Shown here: in pieces, positions 9,940-20,516 of the stretch
Layout: each line of letters starts with the position of its first letter
Position numbering within the stretch: the stretch's first letter is position 1
Assembly: GCA_965226795.1 (NCBI GenBank)
Contig: CBDDDZ010000005.1
Location: 960,001 to 1,024,000 of the forward strand
Direction of reading: 5' to 3'
DNA: 64,000 nt
Origin: Candidatus Latescibacterota bacterium
Lineage (GTDB): Bacteria; Latescibacterota; UBA2968; GCA-2709665
The notes under the pieces: generated by a model
What the model was told of the DNA's origin: nothing
Seen by the model: only the letters and a program-made list of their open reading frames with translations
Databases searched by the model: none
Made by a program: the position numbers and the translations under genes

Positions 9940-11571
9940 ATGATTGACTTTGTGATCCGAAATGCCAGTATCGTCGATGGAACGGGAGCGGCCGCCTTTA
10001 CGGGCGACGTGGGTATAGAAGGGGACAGGGTCGCCGCCGTGGGCCGTGTGTCCGGCCCGGCCAGGGTGGAGATCGACGCGGCCGGGTTGACGGCGTCGCC
10101 TGGATTCATCGACATCCATACCCATTCGGACTACAGCCTGCTGATCGACGGGCGGGGCGAGAGCGCGCTCTACCAGGGTGTGACGACCCACGTATGTGGA
10201 AACTGCGGGATATCGGCATTTCCGGTGGCGGGGAACGGATTCTATTTCGGCCCGTTCGAGTCCGCTCGACTGCGATCTGAAGTCGCGGCGGATTGGGCTT
10301 CCGCAGCCGGGTATTTCGACGCGTTGGAGCGGCACGGCGTCGCCATCAATGCCGCGTTTTTTGTGGGTCATGGCGCTGTGCGGCACACGGTGATGGGACA
10401 ATCGGCGCAGCCGCCCGGCCGGGATGAGATGGAGGAAATGAAGCGGCTGGTCGACGCCCAGATGGCCGAGGGCGCGCTAGGCCTGTCCACCGGGCTGACC
10501 TATATGCCGGGCAGCAGTGCGAGGACAGACGAAATCATAGAACTGGCGGCCGTGACTGCACCATACGGCGGGATATACGCGACGCATATGCGCAACTATA
10601 CGGCGTCCATTATGGAAGCGCTGGAGGAGGCGATTGCGATCGGGAGGGAGGCGGGCGTTCCCGTTCATGCCTCTCACATAACGCCCTGTCCTCCGGCGAC
10701 GGGAAGTGCGCCGCGTCTGCTCGATCGGATTGAACGCGCGCGGGCGGAGGGGCAGGATGTAACGGCGGAAACGGAGTTCTATGCAACCGGGTCCACGTCT
10801 CTGAAGTCCCTCCTGCCGCCGTGGGCGCTGGAGGGCGGTAACGGGATGATGGTCGAACGATTGAAAGCGCCTCTATATCGACGGCGTATGTGGCGGGATA
10901 TACAGGAAGGCGGATCGGAACTGGGTGGGAGCACAAAGACGGTATTGATGCAGCGCGGTCTCTGGAGCAAACTCTGGCTGGGTAATTGCGACGTTAACGC
11001 GTCGCTGACGGGTAAGACCTTCGCTGAAATCGGTCGGATACGAAATACGCACCCGTTTGAGGCGATCTGCGACGTTCTGATCGATGAAGATGGCGCTGCC
11101 AGCTTTTATGGAGAGGACAAGACCGACCAGGACATCGACAGTCTCGCGAGGGGGGCGTATTGCGGTGTGGGTTCCGATGGCCTGGCAATGGCCAATACGG
11201 GTCCGCTGGCGGGCGAAAGGGAGCACCCCAGATGCTACGGAGGCATGGCGTATCTGATTCGAACGCTTGTACGTGAACGGCGTGTCCTGTCCCTTGAATC
11301 CCTCGTTCGAAAGCTGACCAGATTTCCGGCCGAGCGGATGGGATTTACGGATCGGGGTCTTCTTCAGGAAGGAAAACAGGCGGACCTGGTCCTGTTCGAT
11401 CCCGACGGGATGCTGGACCGGGCGACAATTCAGAATCCCTGTGTGTATTCTGAAGGGGTCCGTTGGCTTTTCGTCAACGGCGTAACCGCAATCAAGGACG
11501 GCAAAACTACGGGAAAGAGAGCCGGCATGGTGTTGCGGCGCGGGCTGCCCCCGAATGGCGGCCGTGATTAG
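9940..11571 (+). CDS. N-acyl-D-amino-acid deacylase family amidohydrolase
   Basis: PGFIDIHTHSD, GNCG, GLSTGL.Y.PG, YATHMR, GSDG, HPRCYG, ADLVLFDP. Confidence 0.9.
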   Translation: MIDFVIRNASIVDGTGAAAFTGDVGIEGDRVAAVGRVSGPARVEIDAAGLTASPGFIDIHTHSDYSLLIDGRGESALYQGVTTHVCGNCGISAFPVAGNGFYFGPFESARLRSEVAADWASAAGYFDALERHGVAINAAFFVGHGAVRHTVMGQSAQPPGRDEMEEMKRLVDAQMAEGALGLSTGLTYMPGSSARTDEIIELAAVTAPYGGIYATHMRNYTASIMEALEEAIAIGREAGVPVHASHITPCPPATGSAPRLLDRIERARAEGQDVTAETEFYATGSTSLKSLLPPWALEGGNGMMVERLKAPLYRRRMWRDIQEGGSELGGSTKTVLMQRGLWSKLWLGNCDVNASLTGKTFAEIGRIRNTHPFEAICDVLIDEDGAASFYGEDKTDQDIDSLARGAYCGVGSDGLAMANTGPLAGEREHPRCYGGMAYLIRTLVRERRVLSLESLVRKLTRFPAERMGFTDRGLLQEGKQADLVLFDPDGMLDRATIQNPCVYSEGVRWLFVNGVTAIKDGKTTGKRAGMVLRRGLPPNGGRD

Positions 11572-11688
11572 GCTGCGCCGAGCGGCCGAGTCGAAACCCG
11601 GGAACCGCGGGTTGCCGCCCTTCCACGAGACGCAGATCGCGGATGGCGGGCTTGTGGCGGCAGCGGTTCGCTTCTGCCACCGGGCCAT

Positions 11689-14109
11689 TTGTCTCAGGAG
11701 TCAATCTTGATAACGGGTTGTCCAGGTATACGATCAGGAACGCTCACGACACCGGAACGAAAGCAGTCTTCGCCATCCGGTGCGTGCCGTGCCGACTCGA
11801 AACGGGATTGTGGGGATTTCATTCGAGGACAGGGCACGGCTCGGGTCTTTGTACTCGTGTGGGTCTTGCTTGTCTGCGCCGCATGCGCCGGCGTCGCGGA
11901 ACCGGCGCCTCTGTCCACTTTCCAGGATAGCGTGAATATCCTGCTCGCCGAGGTCCCGCTGGATTCGCTCCTGGTCCAGTATGGGGATTTGCTGTTCATT
12001 CCACCTGAAGGCACGGCTCGGATCCTGCGGGATCGTTTTGGCGTGCCTCACATTTACGGTTCGCGGGACGTCGATGTCGCATTCGGATTCGGTTACGCAC
12101 AGGCCCAGGATCATCTGGTGCCAATGTTGCTGAACTACCGGGCGGCGGCGGGAACGGCCTCGGAGGTGCTTGGCGCCGGCCACCTGGAGGGCGATGAGCG
12201 GGCATTGCTCTGGCGAATTCGGAGCGTCGCCGTCGAACGATACGGCGCGCTGCCTCCCGAAACGCGGGATCTTATTGGCGCATTCGTGGACGGTGTAAAC
12301 CACTTTATCGATGTCTACAGGGACGGGTTGCCGGATTGGGTGACGCACGTGGGCGGCACGGACGTCGTGGCACTGTCCCGGTGGCTGGTTATGTTGTTTG
12401 CGGAGCAGACGGGGCGATCCGAGCTGGCGCAGAAGGGGTTGACGCCGTTCCTGCGTACCCGGGCGACCTCAAATATGTGGGTCGTCGGAGGTTCTCGGAC
12501 CGCCGCCGGAAACCCTGTATTCGTGATGGATCTGCACCTGCCGTGGGAGGCGCCCTTTCAGACGTACGAGGCCCACCTTGTGAGCCGTGAGGGGCTGAAC
12601 GTCGGTGGTGTCACCCTATTTGGCATTCCGGTTATTCTGGCCGGCCACAACCGACACATCGCCTGGTCGCTGGCGGCGAACGAGGCGGATGTATTCGATC
12701 TTTACGAGTTGAAGCTGGATCCGGCCAATCGGAAACGGTATGTGTTCGAGAAGGGAAAAAGACGCATGTCATCGCAGCGCGTGCGGATCAGGGTCAAGGA
12801 GCCCCAGGGAGTCCGGGAGGTCGAGCGTGAATTAACCTATTCGCACCAGGGGCCGATCTACAAGGCCGTAGACGGTTGGGCGTATGCGGGGCGATGCAGC
12901 GCCGAGGAGATTGTCAATACAATAGGTCAGTTTTATATGATCAATCGGGCCGGGGATCCGGATGAGTTCGAAGGCGCGCTACGGATGCTCCAGCTTCCCA
13001 TGTTCCATGTCATGTACGGCGACCTGGAAGGACGTCTGTTATATGTATACAATGCTCGCAGTCCGATCCGGTCGGAGGAGTTCGACTGGCAAAGTCCGGT
13101 CCCCGGCTGGGTACCGGAGACGGGATGGCGGGGAATTATGGGGTACGAGTGGCTCCCACGGATTTTGAATCCGCTGGCGGATTTTCTGCAGAACTGCAAT
13201 GTTGCACCCGAGTTCGTAACTCGAAACAGCGGGCTCTCGCCCAGGGACTTTCCTCCTTACATGGGCTGGGGCGGGTTGGACGACCGGGGCCAGCGTCTGT
13301 TGTCATGGCTGTCGGCCAACCGGAAAGCGACGTTGTGCCAACTGAAGGAACTGGCCAGAGATCCGTATCTGATCGCGGCGGAGGAACTGAAGGGCTTCAT
13401 ATTGCGTGCCTACAATCGAACCTGGTGGGAAATCTACGACCCGGACGGGCAACTGGCCCACGCCGTAGAGCTTCTGCGCGGTTGGGACAGCCGGGCGTCG
13501 GTCGACAGCCGTGCAACACTGTTGTTCTCGGTCTGGAAATCGAGATTTAATGTACTTTTATCCGGAGTCTTGCCAGAGCAACTGGATCGTTTACGGGTCC
13601 TGGAGAAACTGGCGCTCGAGGCATTGAGGATGGCCGTCGAGCATATAATGACGACCTATGGGCGGCTGGACGTATCCTGGGGTGAGGTACACGTGATTGA
13701 ACGGGGTGACCGTCTATTCCCGGTGGGCGGCTCGCCGCCTGGCACGCAGGCGCTGCATACCACCTGGTCGATGCCGGATGAGGACGGCCGGTTTCGCGTC
13801 AACGGCGGATCAGCCTATACAATGGTGGTGGAACTGGCGGACCCCGTTCGATCCTGGAGCCTTCAGGCTCTCGGCAACAGTGAGGATCCGGAGTCGGACA
13901 ACTATCACGATCAGGCGGCGATGCAGGCAACCGGGGAGCTGAAGCGGTTCCGACTTGACGATGACGAAATCAGTGCGGACCTGCGGTCCGTGCTAACCGT
14001 GCCGCTGGAGCAGGCGGAGTTCGAGCGTGAGCAGTTTCGTGTCCAGTGGAAGCTTAGGTCGGCGTCGGACGAGACGGCGGAACCAGAGCCGGTAGGCGGA
14101 GGCGGTTGA
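11689..14109 (+). CDS. Penicillin acylase family (Ntn hydrolase S45); true start uncertain
   Basis: RDRFGVPHIYG, FGFGYAQAQD, SNMW N-terminal nucleophile, HLPW, QNCN, HDQA; signal-peptide-like segment near the N-terminus. Confidence 0.88.
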   Translation: MSQESILITGCPGIRSGTLTTPERKQSSPSGACRADSKRDCGDFIRGQGTARVFVLVWVLLVCAACAGVAEPAPLSTFQDSVNILLAEVPLDSLLVQYGDLLFIPPEGTARILRDRFGVPHIYGSRDVDVAFGFGYAQAQDHLVPMLLNYRAAAGTASEVLGAGHLEGDERALLWRIRSVAVERYGALPPETRDLIGAFVDGVNHFIDVYRDGLPDWVTHVGGTDVVALSRWLVMLFAEQTGRSELAQKGLTPFLRTRATSNMWVVGGSRTAAGNPVFVMDLHLPWEAPFQTYEAHLVSREGLNVGGVTLFGIPVILAGHNRHIAWSLAANEADVFDLYELKLDPANRKRYVFEKGKRRMSSQRVRIRVKEPQGVREVERELTYSHQGPIYKAVDGWAYAGRCSAEEIVNTIGQFYMINRAGDPDEFEGALRMLQLPMFHVMYGDLEGRLLYVYNARSPIRSEEFDWQSPVPGWVPETGWRGIMGYEWLPRILNPLADFLQNCNVAPEFVTRNSGLSPRDFPPYMGWGGLDDRGQRLLSWLSANRKATLCQLKELARDPYLIAAEELKGFILRAYNRTWWEIYDPDGQLAHAVELLRGWDSRASVDSRATLLFSVWKSRFNVLLSGVLPEQLDRLRVLEKLALEALRMAVEHIMTTYGRLDVSWGEVHVIERGDRLFPVGGSPPGTQALHTTWSMPDEDGRFRVNGGSAYTMVVELADPVRSWSLQALGNSEDPESDNYHDQAAMQATGELKRFRLDDDEISADLRSVLTVPLEQAEFEREQFRVQWKLRSASDETAEPEPVGGGG

Positions 14110-14112
14110 ATC

Positions 14113-14570
14113 GTGTTGCCCCGCATGCGTTTGGAGGACAGAGTCGTGATGGTGACCGGTGCGGGCTCCGGCATCGGCATGGCCGCCGGATGGTGAACGC
14201 CGGAGGCGGAAAGATCGTCAATATCGCTTCACAGAATGGAGTGATTGGTTACTATCGCCGTGCGGCCTACTGTTCGAGCAAAGCCGGCGTGGTGAATCTG
14301 ACCCGAGTGCTGGCGCTCGAGTGGGCGCCACACGGCATCACCGTGAGCGCGGTGGGTCCCACGTTCATCCTGACGCCGCTGACGCAGTCCACGTTTGACG
14401 ATCCAGGGCTAAGAGAGGATCTAAGAGAGGATCTGTTAAAACGGATTCCGCTCGGGCGGGTGGGGCGTCCTGAGGACGTTGTCGGGGCCGTCGTTTTCCT
14501 CGCGAGCCCGGCCGCGGATCTGATAACGGGACATACATTGCTGGTAGACGGAGGCTGGACGGCCGTATAG
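14113..14570 (+). pseudogene. SDR oxidoreductase with internal deletion and frameshift
   Basis: VTGAGSGIG in one frame ends at TGA; KIVNIAS, YCSSK, ITGHTLLVDGG follow at once in another frame; 12-bp tandem duplication at 14409-14432. Confidence 0.85.
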
Positions 14571-14643
14571 GACGCGATAATCGGCGCATTGAATCCGGAT
14601 GTGCGCCTGCGACACCTGGATCCCGCTGGAGTGGGATGGACAA

Positions 14644-15609
14644 ATGGATTCGCACGAGATATCTGCAGTCGCCGTAATCGGGGCGGGAACCATGGGCCCC
14701 GGTATCGCCGACATGTTCGCCCGGGCGGGATGTCACGTCCATCTGGTAGACGTGAGCAATGTGCTGCTGGATCGGGCAATGGCGCGCCTGCGGCTGGGTC
14801 AGCAGGCGCTGATTGAAGCGGGCCTGCTGTTTTCCGATGACGCCGATGCGGCCGTATCGCGGGTGACGGTGACAACGGATCTGGCCGAAGCGTGTGACGG
14901 GTGTGAGTTTCTGTTGGAGGCCGTGACCGAAGACCTGGCGCTGAAGCAGGAGATGTTTACAACATTTGGCAGGCTTTGTCCGCCAGAAACCGTTCTGGCC
15001 ACCAATACGTCCGGTCTTTCCGTGTCCGCCATTGCCGGCGCGACCGTTCGTTCGGACAGGGTGGGTGGGATGCACTTCTGGAACCCGCCCCACTTGATTC
15101 CCCTGGTGGAAGTTATTCGCACCGATACGACCTCCGAAGACACGGCCGAACTCTTGAAATCGGTCGCACTCAGGCTGAACAAGAAGCCGATTGTGGTGCG
15201 GCGGGATATACCCGGGTTCGTGGGCAACCGCCTGCAGTTTGCCGTAGTGCGGGAGGCGTTGCACCTGCTGGAGGAAGGCGTGGCTTCGGCGGAGGATATC
15301 GACACCGCGATGACCGCGGGCCCCGGGCTCCGGTACAGCTTTCTGGGCCCTCTCCGGACGGCCGATCTGGGCGGATTGGACGTATTTCGAGCCATAAGCA
15401 GCTATCTGTTCGCCCAGCTTGGTGCGGATCGGGAGGCACCCGAAGCGTTGAATGCGCTTGTTGGGCAGGGAAAACTCGGTGCGAAAACCGGCTCGGGGTT
15501 TTATAATTATTCCGATGCCGATCTGGGGCGGTTTATACGGTATCGGGACCGGACCCTGTTGAGGTTGATGGAGGTCCTGAAAGCGGAAGAGGACGAAAAT
15601 CATGGCTGA
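14644..15609 (+). CDS. 3-hydroxyacyl-CoA dehydrogenase family protein
   Basis: GAGTMG, EAVTE..LK, ATNTS, GMHFWNPP, PGFVGNRLQ, GKLGAKTGSGFY. Confidence 0.92.
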   Translation: MDSHEISAVAVIGAGTMGPGIADMFARAGCHVHLVDVSNVLLDRAMARLRLGQQALIEAGLLFSDDADAAVSRVTVTTDLAEACDGCEFLLEAVTEDLALKQEMFTTFGRLCPPETVLATNTSGLSVSAIAGATVRSDRVGGMHFWNPPHLIPLVEVIRTDTTSEDTAELLKSVALRLNKKPIVVRRDIPGFVGNRLQFAVVREALHLLEEGVASAEDIDTAMTAGPGLRYSFLGPLRTADLGGLDVFRAISSYLFAQLGADREAPEALNALVGQGKLGAKTGSGFYNYSDADLGRFIRYRDRTLLRLMEVLKAEEDENHG

Positions 15610-16600
15610 GTTGGCATCCGGCGCAGGGCCGTTGTTTACAGACCCCGACCCCGAGGCGGCGCGAAGGGTCTTCCGCAAGAAACGCGCGGCGTTCGAAGAC
15701 AAAGTGACGTCCGTCCGCGATGCGGTGCGCCGATTCGTAAAGGACGGGGACTATGTCGCTTCCGGCGGGTTCGGCGCGAACCGGATTTCAACGGCGTGCA
15801 TGCACGAGATCCTGCGGCAGGGCAAGCTGGATCTGGGTTTTGCGGGGCATACGACCACACACGACTTCGAGATCCTGGCTGCCGGCAATCGGAATGGCCG
15901 AAAGCTGCTATCGCGGGTGGATGCGGCTTACATAGTGGGGCTGGAAGCAAGGGGGTTGTCGCCACAGGCCAGGCGGATGATGGAAAGCGGCGAAGTCACC
16001 GTGTGTGAGTGGTCGAACTTTGCCCTGGCGGCGCGTTTCAGGGCCGCGGCTGCGGGGGTGCCGTTTATGCCGATGCGGAGCCTTCTGGGTACGGACACCT
16101 TCTGGCGCAGCGCAGCAAAGGAAATCATCTGTCCGTTCACGGGCCATAAACTCCTGGCGGTGCCGGCACTGTATCCCGACGTTTCGTTTATCCACGTGCA
16201 CGAAAGCGATCCCTGCGGGAACTGCCGGATTCGCGGGATCACGGTTGCGGATTTCGACCTCGCGCGAGCGTCGAAACGACTTGTCATTACAACGGAGCGA
16301 CTCGTCAGCACAGATAAGATACGTCGGACACCGGAGGCCACTGTGATTCCCGCATTCTGCGTGGATGCGGTCTGTGAGGTCCCGTTTGGTTCTTACCCGG
16401 GAAACATGGCGGGCGAGTATTTTTCGGATGAGGACCATCTGAAGGAATGGTTGGATGTCGAACGGGATGCGGAGAGATTCGAAGCCTTTCTTCAGAAGTA
16501 CATCTTTGGGGTTGAGCACTTTGAGGAGTACGTGCACCTGTGCGGCGGCACGGAACGGCTTAAGGAACTGCGGGAAATGGAGTTGCATCCGGGTTCGTAG
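15602..16600 (+). CDS. CoA transferase subunit A (glutaconate CoA-transferase-like)
   Basis: VKDGDYVASGGFG, RAAAAGVPFMP, CPFTG, PALYPDV..IH, PFGSYPG. Confidence 0.88.
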   Translation: MAELASGAGPLFTDPDPEAARRVFRKKRAAFEDKVTSVRDAVRRFVKDGDYVASGGFGANRISTACMHEILRQGKLDLGFAGHTTTHDFEILAAGNRNGRKLLSRVDAAYIVGLEARGLSPQARRMMESGEVTVCEWSNFALAARFRAAAAGVPFMPMRSLLGTDTFWRSAAKEIICPFTGHKLLAVPALYPDVSFIHVHESDPCGNCRIRGITVADFDLARASKRLVITTERLVSTDKIRRTPEATVIPAFCVDAVCEVPFGSYPGNMAGEYFSDEDHLKEWLDVERDAERFEAFLQKYIFGVEHFEEYVHLCGGTERLKELREMELHPGS

Positions 16601-16674
16601 CCGGTCCCAAGACAAAGCGCTCCGGTTGTTTCCGGAGCATTCGCGGGCGACGAAGCGGCAGGAAGGAGAAGCGC

Positions 16675-17442
16675 ATGCCTGAATACAGCGCCACTGAACT
16701 GGCGATCTGCACGGCATCCAGAATGCTGGAGGACGGTGCGACGGTGGGTGTGGGAACCGGAGCGCCGTGCGCCACGGCGATGTTGGCACAGAAACGCCAT
16801 GCCCCGCATCTGCTTGTGGCGTTCGAAGCAGGAGGGCTCGCGCCCCTTTTGCCGTCTATGCCAATATCGGTTGGTGATTCGAGGACGTTCTTTCGAGCGC
16901 AGATGGCTACCAGTATGGGCGATGTTATGGAGGCGTGCCAGCGGGGGATGATGGACTATGCTTTTCTGGGCGGGGCGCAGATCGATCCGTTCGGCAATTT
17001 GAACTCAACGGTGATTGGGAGTCACAGACATCCCAGGGTACGGTTTCCCGGCAGTGGCGGCGGCAATGACTTCGCCAGTCTGTGCTGGCGCACAATGGTG
17101 ATGACGCAGCACGATCGAAGGAGGTTCGTGGAACGGCTGGATTTTTTGACCACACCCGGCTTCCTGTCGGGCCCGGGCGCCCGCGAAGCCGCAGGGTTGC
17201 CGCGTGGCGGGGGACCCCACAAGGTGATTACGGATCTGGCGGTGATGGGGTATGATCCCGATACCTGTCGGATGCAGGTGGAGAGTCTGCATCCGGGAGT
17301 CACGTTCGAAAGGGTCCAGGCGAACACCGGATTCGAGTTGTCGCTGGCGCACGAGGCGAGCGAGACGGTGCCGCCCGACGTGGAAGAATTGCGCATCCTG
17401 AGGGAAGAGGTGGATCCATTCCGGTACATTCTAGGCAGATGA
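16675..17442 (+). CDS. CoA transferase subunit B (glutaconate CoA-transferase-like)
   Basis: VGTGAP, FEAGG (catalytic Glu), FLGGAQID.FGNLNST, PGSGGGND, FLTTPG. Confidence 0.9.
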   Translation: MPEYSATELAICTASRMLEDGATVGVGTGAPCATAMLAQKRHAPHLLVAFEAGGLAPLLPSMPISVGDSRTFFRAQMATSMGDVMEACQRGMMDYAFLGGAQIDPFGNLNSTVIGSHRHPRVRFPGSGGGNDFASLCWRTMVMTQHDRRRFVERLDFLTTPGFLSGPGAREAAGLPRGGGPHKVITDLAVMGYDPDTCRMQVESLHPGVTFERVQANTGFELSLAHEASETVPPDVEELRILREEVDPFRYILGR

Positions 17443-17458
17443 AAGGCGGAGGTGACCG

Positions 17459-18322
17459 ATGGCATCTGTAAAAGAAACATATCGGTTCGACGAACTGACC
17501 TGGCCGGAGGTAAACGAAGCCGTGCGGTTGGGCAAGATTCCCATTATTCCGACGGGATCCGTGGAACAGCACGGGCACCATCTGCCGCTGAAGGTGGATC
17601 ATCTCTGCGCCAATGCGGTGGCAACCGAGGCTGCGAGGCTGAAGCCGGAGTTAAGCCTGGTATTACCGCCGGTCAGCTATGGCTACGTCCACCACGTCAT
17701 GGACTTTCCGGGTTCATTGAACATTCATTTTGAGCATTTTATACAATATGTGTTGGATATCTGCAAGAGTCTGGCCTATCATGGGTTCAAGAAGATGATT
17801 CTGGTGAACGGCCACGGATCCAACCACAATCTGGTGGATATGGTGGCCAGGCGCACGATTGTGGAGACGGACGCAAGCTGCGTGTTCTGTTCCTGGTGGC
17901 AGTTGTTGAAGGTGAATCCGGATTTCGACAGGAAGTGGCGGGAGAGCGTTTTTCCCGGCGGCTGCGCCCATGCGGGCGAACTGGAGACATCCATGATGCT
18001 GTACCTGGCGCCCGAAAGCGTGCGTACTGATCGGATCAGGAGTGAAATCGCAAAGACGAATAAACTCGGATCGAAATTCGTCTGGACGGATCTGTTTGCA
18101 AAGGGAGCGATGGGGTTGATCGAGTGGACCAGTCAGTATACGGACAGCGGTGTGATGGGCGAGGCGGAAAAGGCGACGGCGGAGAAGGGGAGGATCGTAT
18201 TCGAGGAAGCCAGCCGGAATCTGGCGGAGTTCATCGAGGAATACCACGCGATGAAAATCTCAGAACGCACACCGCGCCAGACGGATGCGCCCACGTTTCC
18301 TTTGTCGTTTCCCACGGATTAG
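17459..18322 (+). CDS. Creatininase family amidohydrolase
   Basis: PTGSVEQHGHHLPL..D, NGHGSN, HAGELETS, GVMG..ATAEKG. Confidence 0.92.
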   Translation: MASVKETYRFDELTWPEVNEAVRLGKIPIIPTGSVEQHGHHLPLKVDHLCANAVATEAARLKPELSLVLPPVSYGYVHHVMDFPGSLNIHFEHFIQYVLDICKSLAYHGFKKMILVNGHGSNHNLVDMVARRTIVETDASCVFCSWWQLLKVNPDFDRKWRESVFPGGCAHAGELETSMMLYLAPESVRTDRIRSEIAKTNKLGSKFVWTDLFAKGAMGLIEWTSQYTDSGVMGEAEKATAEKGRIVFEEASRNLAEFIEEYHAMKISERTPRQTDAPTFPLSFPTD

Positions 18323-18440
18323 TTTCTTATCTCCGAAGCCGTGCGAGCACGGGGGTCGATGACGACTTCTCTGCGTTCGAGCCGTGGAAGCACCCGGTCG
18401 GCGGTGGTTGTGGATAGCAGGTTCCAAAAGGGGGTGTAGA

Positions 18441-19409
18441 ATGAAGCTTGTTACATATGGGATTGGAAGAGACCGGTATGTGGGGTCCGTGGTGGCCGAT
18501 GGCAGAATCGTCGTGGATCTCGCGGCCGCGGAAAGGGAACTGGCCAGCGGCCAGGGTCGGGAGGCGCGTGGCTTTTTTGGCAATATGCTCGCGTTGCTCG
18601 ATGCGGGAGGGGCCGGTCTGCGCGCGGCGAAACAGGCAACGAAAATGGCTGAGGACCGGCTGGGAGGCAAAGCGGACGGCCGGCTTGGCCGACCGATCGG
18701 AATGGTGAAGATCAAGGCGCCTGTGCCGAACCCCCGCAAGGTGTTCTGCCTCGCGGGCAACTACCAGGACCATATCGAAGAAGGCGGCGGTAAAATAGCC
18801 ATTCAGGACAGGGAGACGCCGCGGGTTTTCATGAAGCCGCCGTCAACGACCGTGATCGGCCCCGGAGACCGCATTCTGATTCCACCCGTAGCCAGGTCGA
18901 TCGACTGGGAGGGGGAGTTGGCCGTGGTGATGGGGCGACGGGCGAAAGCGGTGAAGGCGCACGATGCACTGAAATACGTGGCCGGATATACCATTATGAA
19001 CGACGTGTCCGAACGGGATCTGCTGATCAAGGAACGCACCGAGAGCCGTGACCGCGACAAGTGGTTTGATTGGCTTAATGGCAAGTGGCTGGATACGTTC
19101 GGGCCCCAGGGCCCGTGGATTGTTACGTCCGACGAGATACAGGATCCACAGGCGCTGGAGATCAGCACGTACGTGAACGGCGAAAAAAAGCAGAACAACA
19201 ATACGGGGCAGATGTTGTACCCCGTCAATATGATCATAGAGTATATTTCAGCGATAATCACCCTCGAGCCGGGTGATCTGATCAGTACCGGAACAATATC
19301 AGGAGTAGGCGCGACCACCGGAACCTTCATGAAGCCGGGTGACCGCGTGGAGATTGAAATCTCCGGAATCGGAGTGTTGCGGAATGGAGTGGCGGCAAGC
19401 GAACGATGA
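18441..19409 (+). CDS. Fumarylacetoacetate hydrolase family protein
   Basis: LAGNY.DH, FMKP, DWEGELAVV, NDVSERD, GKWLDTF.P.GP, PGDLISTGT. Confidence 0.92.
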   Translation: MKLVTYGIGRDRYVGSVVADGRIVVDLAAAERELASGQGREARGFFGNMLALLDAGGAGLRAAKQATKMAEDRLGGKADGRLGRPIGMVKIKAPVPNPRKVFCLAGNYQDHIEEGGGKIAIQDRETPRVFMKPPSTTVIGPGDRILIPPVARSIDWEGELAVVMGRRAKAVKAHDALKYVAGYTIMNDVSERDLLIKERTESRDRDKWFDWLNGKWLDTFGPQGPWIVTSDEIQDPQALEISTYVNGEKKQNNNTGQMLYPVNMIIEYISAIITLEPGDLISTGTISGVGATTGTFMKPGDRVEIEISGIGVLRNGVAASER

Positions 19410-19484
19410 CATGCTGACGTGCCCGACGGAAGTCGTACCCGTCGGCGGAGCGCCGGCATGTTTTGCAACAAAACGGACGGTGAT

Positions 19485-20516
19485 ATGGACGCACGGAGCA
19501 AACGCAAAATCAACTGGTACAGGTGTCCGCTGGACAGGGAAACCCTTAATGCGCTGAATCGACGCAGCGACTTTAAGGGGTTTTTGCAGACCCTCGGTCA
19601 CCTCGGCGTACTCACCGTCTCCGGCGCCTTCGCCTGGTACTCAGCTGAACACCTTGGGCCGCCTTTCCTGATTTTGGCCCTGTTCCTGCACGGAACCGCC
19701 TACGCGTTCCTGTTGAATGGATTTCACGAGTTCTGTCACAGTACGGTGTTCAGATCCAAATGGTTGAACGTAGTATTCCTCAAAGTCTTCAGTTTTATGG
19801 GCTGGTACAATCCTGTTTTCTTCTGGACCAGCCACTCGAAGCACCATCGGTATACCCTCCATCCTCCCGACGATATGGAAGTCGTGCTTCCGGTGGAGAT
19901 TACGCTCGGGAGTTTTCTCAAGGCCGCGGTCGTCAATCCCTGGGGGTTGTACAACAGATTGAAGGGGGTCGTTCGCCTGAGTTTCGGTAATCTGGAGGGT
20001 CCATGGGAACACGCGCTGTTCCCCGAGTCGGAGCCAGCGCTGCTGCGGCGCCTGTTCAACTGGGCCCGTATCCTGCTGGCGGGGCACGCGGCGCTTGTGG
20101 GCGTGTCGCTCTATCTCGGTCTGTGGATGCTTCCGGTGCTGGTCACGCTGGCCCCTTTCTACGGCGGGTGGCTGTTGTTCCTCTGCAATAACACACAGCA
20201 TGTGGGACTTCAGGACAACGTGCCCGATTTCCGGTTGAATAGCCGGACGGTGATACTGAACCCCCTATTTCAGTTTCTCTATTGGCACATGAATTACCAC
20301 GTCGAACATCACATGTATGCCGCTGTTCCCTGTTATCATCTGGGAAAACTGCACAAGTTGATAAAACCCGACCTGTCCCGGTGTCCAGTTGGTCTCATCG
20401 CCTGCTGGAAGGAGATTGTCGGCATCTTGAGAAAGCAGAAGACGGACTCCGAATACCAATTCGTGCCGGAACTGCCCGCGCGGGTTGAAGGTTTCGAGTC
20501 AAAGCCCGCGGATTGA
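19485..20516 (+). CDS. Membrane fatty-acid-desaturase-like diiron enzyme
   Basis: Three His boxes HEFCH, HSKHH, HVEHH plus TQH; hydrophobic segments. Confidence 0.85.
   Translation: MDARSKRKINWYRCPLDRETLNALNRRSDFKGFLQTLGHLGVLTVSGAFAWYSAEHLGPPFLILALFLHGTAYAFLLNGFHEFCHSTVFRSKWLNVVFLKVFSFMGWYNPVFFWTSHSKHHRYTLHPPDDMEVVLPVEITLGSFLKAAVVNPWGLYNRLKGVVRLSFGNLEGPWEHALFPESEPALLRRLFNWARILLAGHAALVGVSLYLGLWMLPVLVTLAPFYGGWLLFLCNNTQHVGLQDNVPDFRLNSRTVILNPLFQFLYWHMNYHVEHHMYAAVPCYHLGKLHKLIKPDLSRCPVGLIACWKEIVGILRKQKTDSEYQFVPELPARVEGFESKPAD

Noticed and set aside
9016..10401. 461-aa minus-strand ORF
   Set aside because: Antisense shadow of two well-supported + strand genes; no motifs.
14365..15702. 445-aa minus-strand ORF
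   Set aside because: Antisense shadow of the 3-hydroxyacyl-CoA dehydrogenase gene, as expected in GC-rich DNA.
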